The notes beneath the pieces are model-generated. The model was not told where the DNA came from, ran no database searches, and saw only the letters and a list, made by a program, of their open reading frames with translations. The position numbers and the translations under genes were made by a program. A stretch of 63,125 nucleotides of DNA, filler included, from Reclinomonas americana ATCC 50394 (taxonomy: Eukaryota), in NCBI GenBank assembly GCA_048213135.1. It is 17 parts of 17 records of this genome, joined end to end, with 100 filler letters (N's around TTAATTAATTAA, not from the genome) between each part and the next. Parts side by side here need not be neighbours in the genome. Positions count along the whole stretch, not along the records: positions 60,972 to 63,125 come from AFZH01020753.1; 16 more parts are not named here. One strand, given 5' to 3'. The number at the start of each line of letters is the position of its first letter. Positions within the stretch are counted from its first letter, which is position 1. This document shows, one piece after another, positions 60,972 through 63,125 of this stretch.

Positions 60972-62525
60972 CTGTTGCAGGGCCGGCGGCATGTCGTTGA
61001 GGCTCATGTTGAAAACGCCAAAGGCGACGGCGCCGGAAAACGGAGCCATGGTGGAGGCCAGCTGGTCGAATTGCGGGCGCAGCACCTGTGCGTCGTTTCG
61101 TCGCATGTGAGTGTGTGATGGGAAGAGGAGGAAGAAGAAAACGAGTACACACCTCGCACGGCGGGCAGGGAGCGCCATACACCAACACCACCACATCCTT
61201 GGTCGGGTCCTGCACGTACTCGCCAAACGTGTCGTGTACGAGATACTGCGCCCCGGCACATGCATGAATATTGTGTACAACCAAAAGCGCTCAACACAAG
61301 CTTTCACACCTTGACGTTGGGCGCCACTATCGGGTTCTGCGGCGCCGCCTCACGATGCTGCGGCGCCTCCGGCGGCACCGAACTGTGCTTGCGAATCCAC
61401 TCGACCACGGCAGCGACAGAGCCTTCGCCGGTGAAACGAATATTGCCGGTCTTGTCGACCGACGAGAACATCACAATGGCCAGGCCCAGCGAAGTGTCGA
61501 TGCCCGGCGGAGGATCGTTCCGACTGCGGTTGAACTGGCAAGCACACACCCATGAGGAACGACGAACGGCATCAGCAAGCTCATGGGCGAGACGACTCAC
61601 CTGCGTCACCACCACCGACGGCGACGTGCGCATCGCAATAGCCACATGCTGCATCATCTCAATCGCCGACTGCACCCCGTGACACGAATGAGCAGCAGCA
61701 GCAGCAGCAGCAACGCACAAAAGAAAACGATGATGACGACAAACCCCACACGGCTCGCAATCATCCGACACGACCAGCACCACCACATCCTTCTCAAAGT
61801 TGAACACAATCTCCTCAAAAGTCGACGCCACCACCTTGATCAGTGGGCTATCCTGTGTCGCCGGCACCGCCTCACTGCGCAAACGCGGCGGGTACAGCTC
61901 ATCGATCCACTGACGCACGTTGGAAGCCTGGAAAAACACAGTGAGTGAGAGACAGAGAGAGTGTGTGAGAGTGTGTGAGTGTGTGCGTAACAGAGAGTGG
62001 GGCGGAAAAGGTCACTGGCTGGTCGCGCCCGGGCACAAACGCAATAAGAGTCGGCACCGCGCGCAACTTGAACTTGATGCTCAGCTGCTTCTCACGCGTC
62101 ACGTCGACCTTGGCAATGAGCACCTCGCGCTCCTTGTGCTGCTCGTTAAAGTACGCAGCAATCTGCACACACACACACAAGTGAGACACGCAAATGGGGG
62201 GGGTTTGCCACGCAATGAAAAAATGCACCTCCTTGTAACTCGACGCAAAGTTGCGGCATGCACCACACCCTACACGCACACACACATGAGCAACACACTT
62301 GCATGCACACACACGCAGAGAGAGAGAGAGCAAGTGGCACTCACAAGGTGCATAAAACTCGACCACAGTCATCTGCTCTCGCGTGACACGCTCAAACTCG
62401 CCACCATTCAACTGCCGCACAGGCGCATCCGCCGGGAACTCGCCTCCCACTGCCCCTGCACTCACACACACGCACAATACACAGCACACAGACACAAAGA
62501 GAAGAGCTGCGCGCGACGACCACAT
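60972..62525 (-). CDS. Protein disulfide isomerase-like protein with at least 3 thioredoxin domains (3' partial)
   Basis: Signal MWSSRAALLFVSV...; VVEFYAPW|CGAC, IAKVDV, RAVPTL; RSEAVP...IKVVASTFEEIV...KDVVV...CEPC; LVHDTF...KDVVVLVYGAPCPPC. Confidence 0.85.
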
Positions 62526-62616
62526 TGCAACGAAATTGACATGAAATTCCGCCAAATCCAATCATGAATGTTACGCGAGCGAATAGAAGTGACTTTTATG
62601 ATGTGTTGCTCACTTT

Positions 62617-63108
62617 ATGATGTTACTTAAGCGTGACTTTGTTGAGGAGCGCATTTGGATGCAAGACCGCATTCGTCTGCTTGAGCGGGAGCTGGGCGAG
62701 GTGCGGCGACAGGCGGAGAGTCGCGTGCACGAGGCCGAGTCGCGCGTGTTGCACGAGCAGCAAGTGGCGAGTGAGCGCGTGGCACGTGCGCGCGATGAGG
62801 TGTTGCAGGAGCAGTTGGGCAAGTCGGTGGCGGTGCGGCGTGCGGAGGCGGAGCGGAAGCGCGTGGAGGAGAGTGTGAGGGCGGTGTTGGAGGCGCGCGT
62901 GAGAGAGTTGGAGAGCAAGTTGGGCGATGAGGAGCGGGCGGCGAGGTTGCGGCTGGATATGGCGGTGGAGCATGAGCGGCGTGCGTGGGAGCTGTCGTTG
63001 AAGCAGTGTAGGGATGAGGGCGCGCAGGCGTTGCGGGAGGCGGTCGAGGCTGAGGAGAGGAGGCGGGCGTTGGTGGAGGAGCGGCTGCGCGTGGCGCTCT
63101 TGAGTCTG
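62617..63108 (+). CDS. Hypothetical coiled-coil protein, first exon (3' partial)
   Basis: Open frame MMLLKRDFVEERIWMQDRIRLLERELGEVRRQAE...EERLRVALLSL ending at a GTGTGT donor; E/R/L heptad composition. Confidence 0.6.
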
Positions 63109-63125
63109 GTGTGTGTGGCTTGTTT

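Overview
Eukaryotic (most likely protist) nuclear scaffold, not prokaryotic. It consists of 17 contigs joined by 16 artificial 100-nt linkers (N44-TTAATTAATTAA-N44). Several genes continue in the correct order across linkers, so contig order appears real. The DNA is gene-dense and intron-rich, with many 50-100 nt GT-AG introns plus longer CT- or AG-rich ones; most ORF-track entries are therefore shadow or intron read-through ORFs. Manual exon stitching gives AP5B1, PIG-O, THG1, a WD40 protein, a short bL25-like (probably mitoribosomal) protein, a ~13-kb beta-helix/Cys-rich/multi-TM surface protein, a secreted propeller-like protein, CENP-I, two tandem secreted HExxH mini-zincins, an LRR + U-box E3 ligase, a multi-thioredoxin PDI-like protein and several hypothetical proteins. 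Most notable: (1) about 20 introns use an atypical GTTG(C/A)G donor that looks like the usual GTG(C/A)G shifted by one nucleotide; (2) a possible spliced Thg1-WD40 fusion; (3) tandemly amplified mini-exon/intron units; (4) a decayed WD40 gene fragment inside an intron; (5) the duplicated secreted mini-zincin. Family assignments come from motif recognition by eye, not from database searches.
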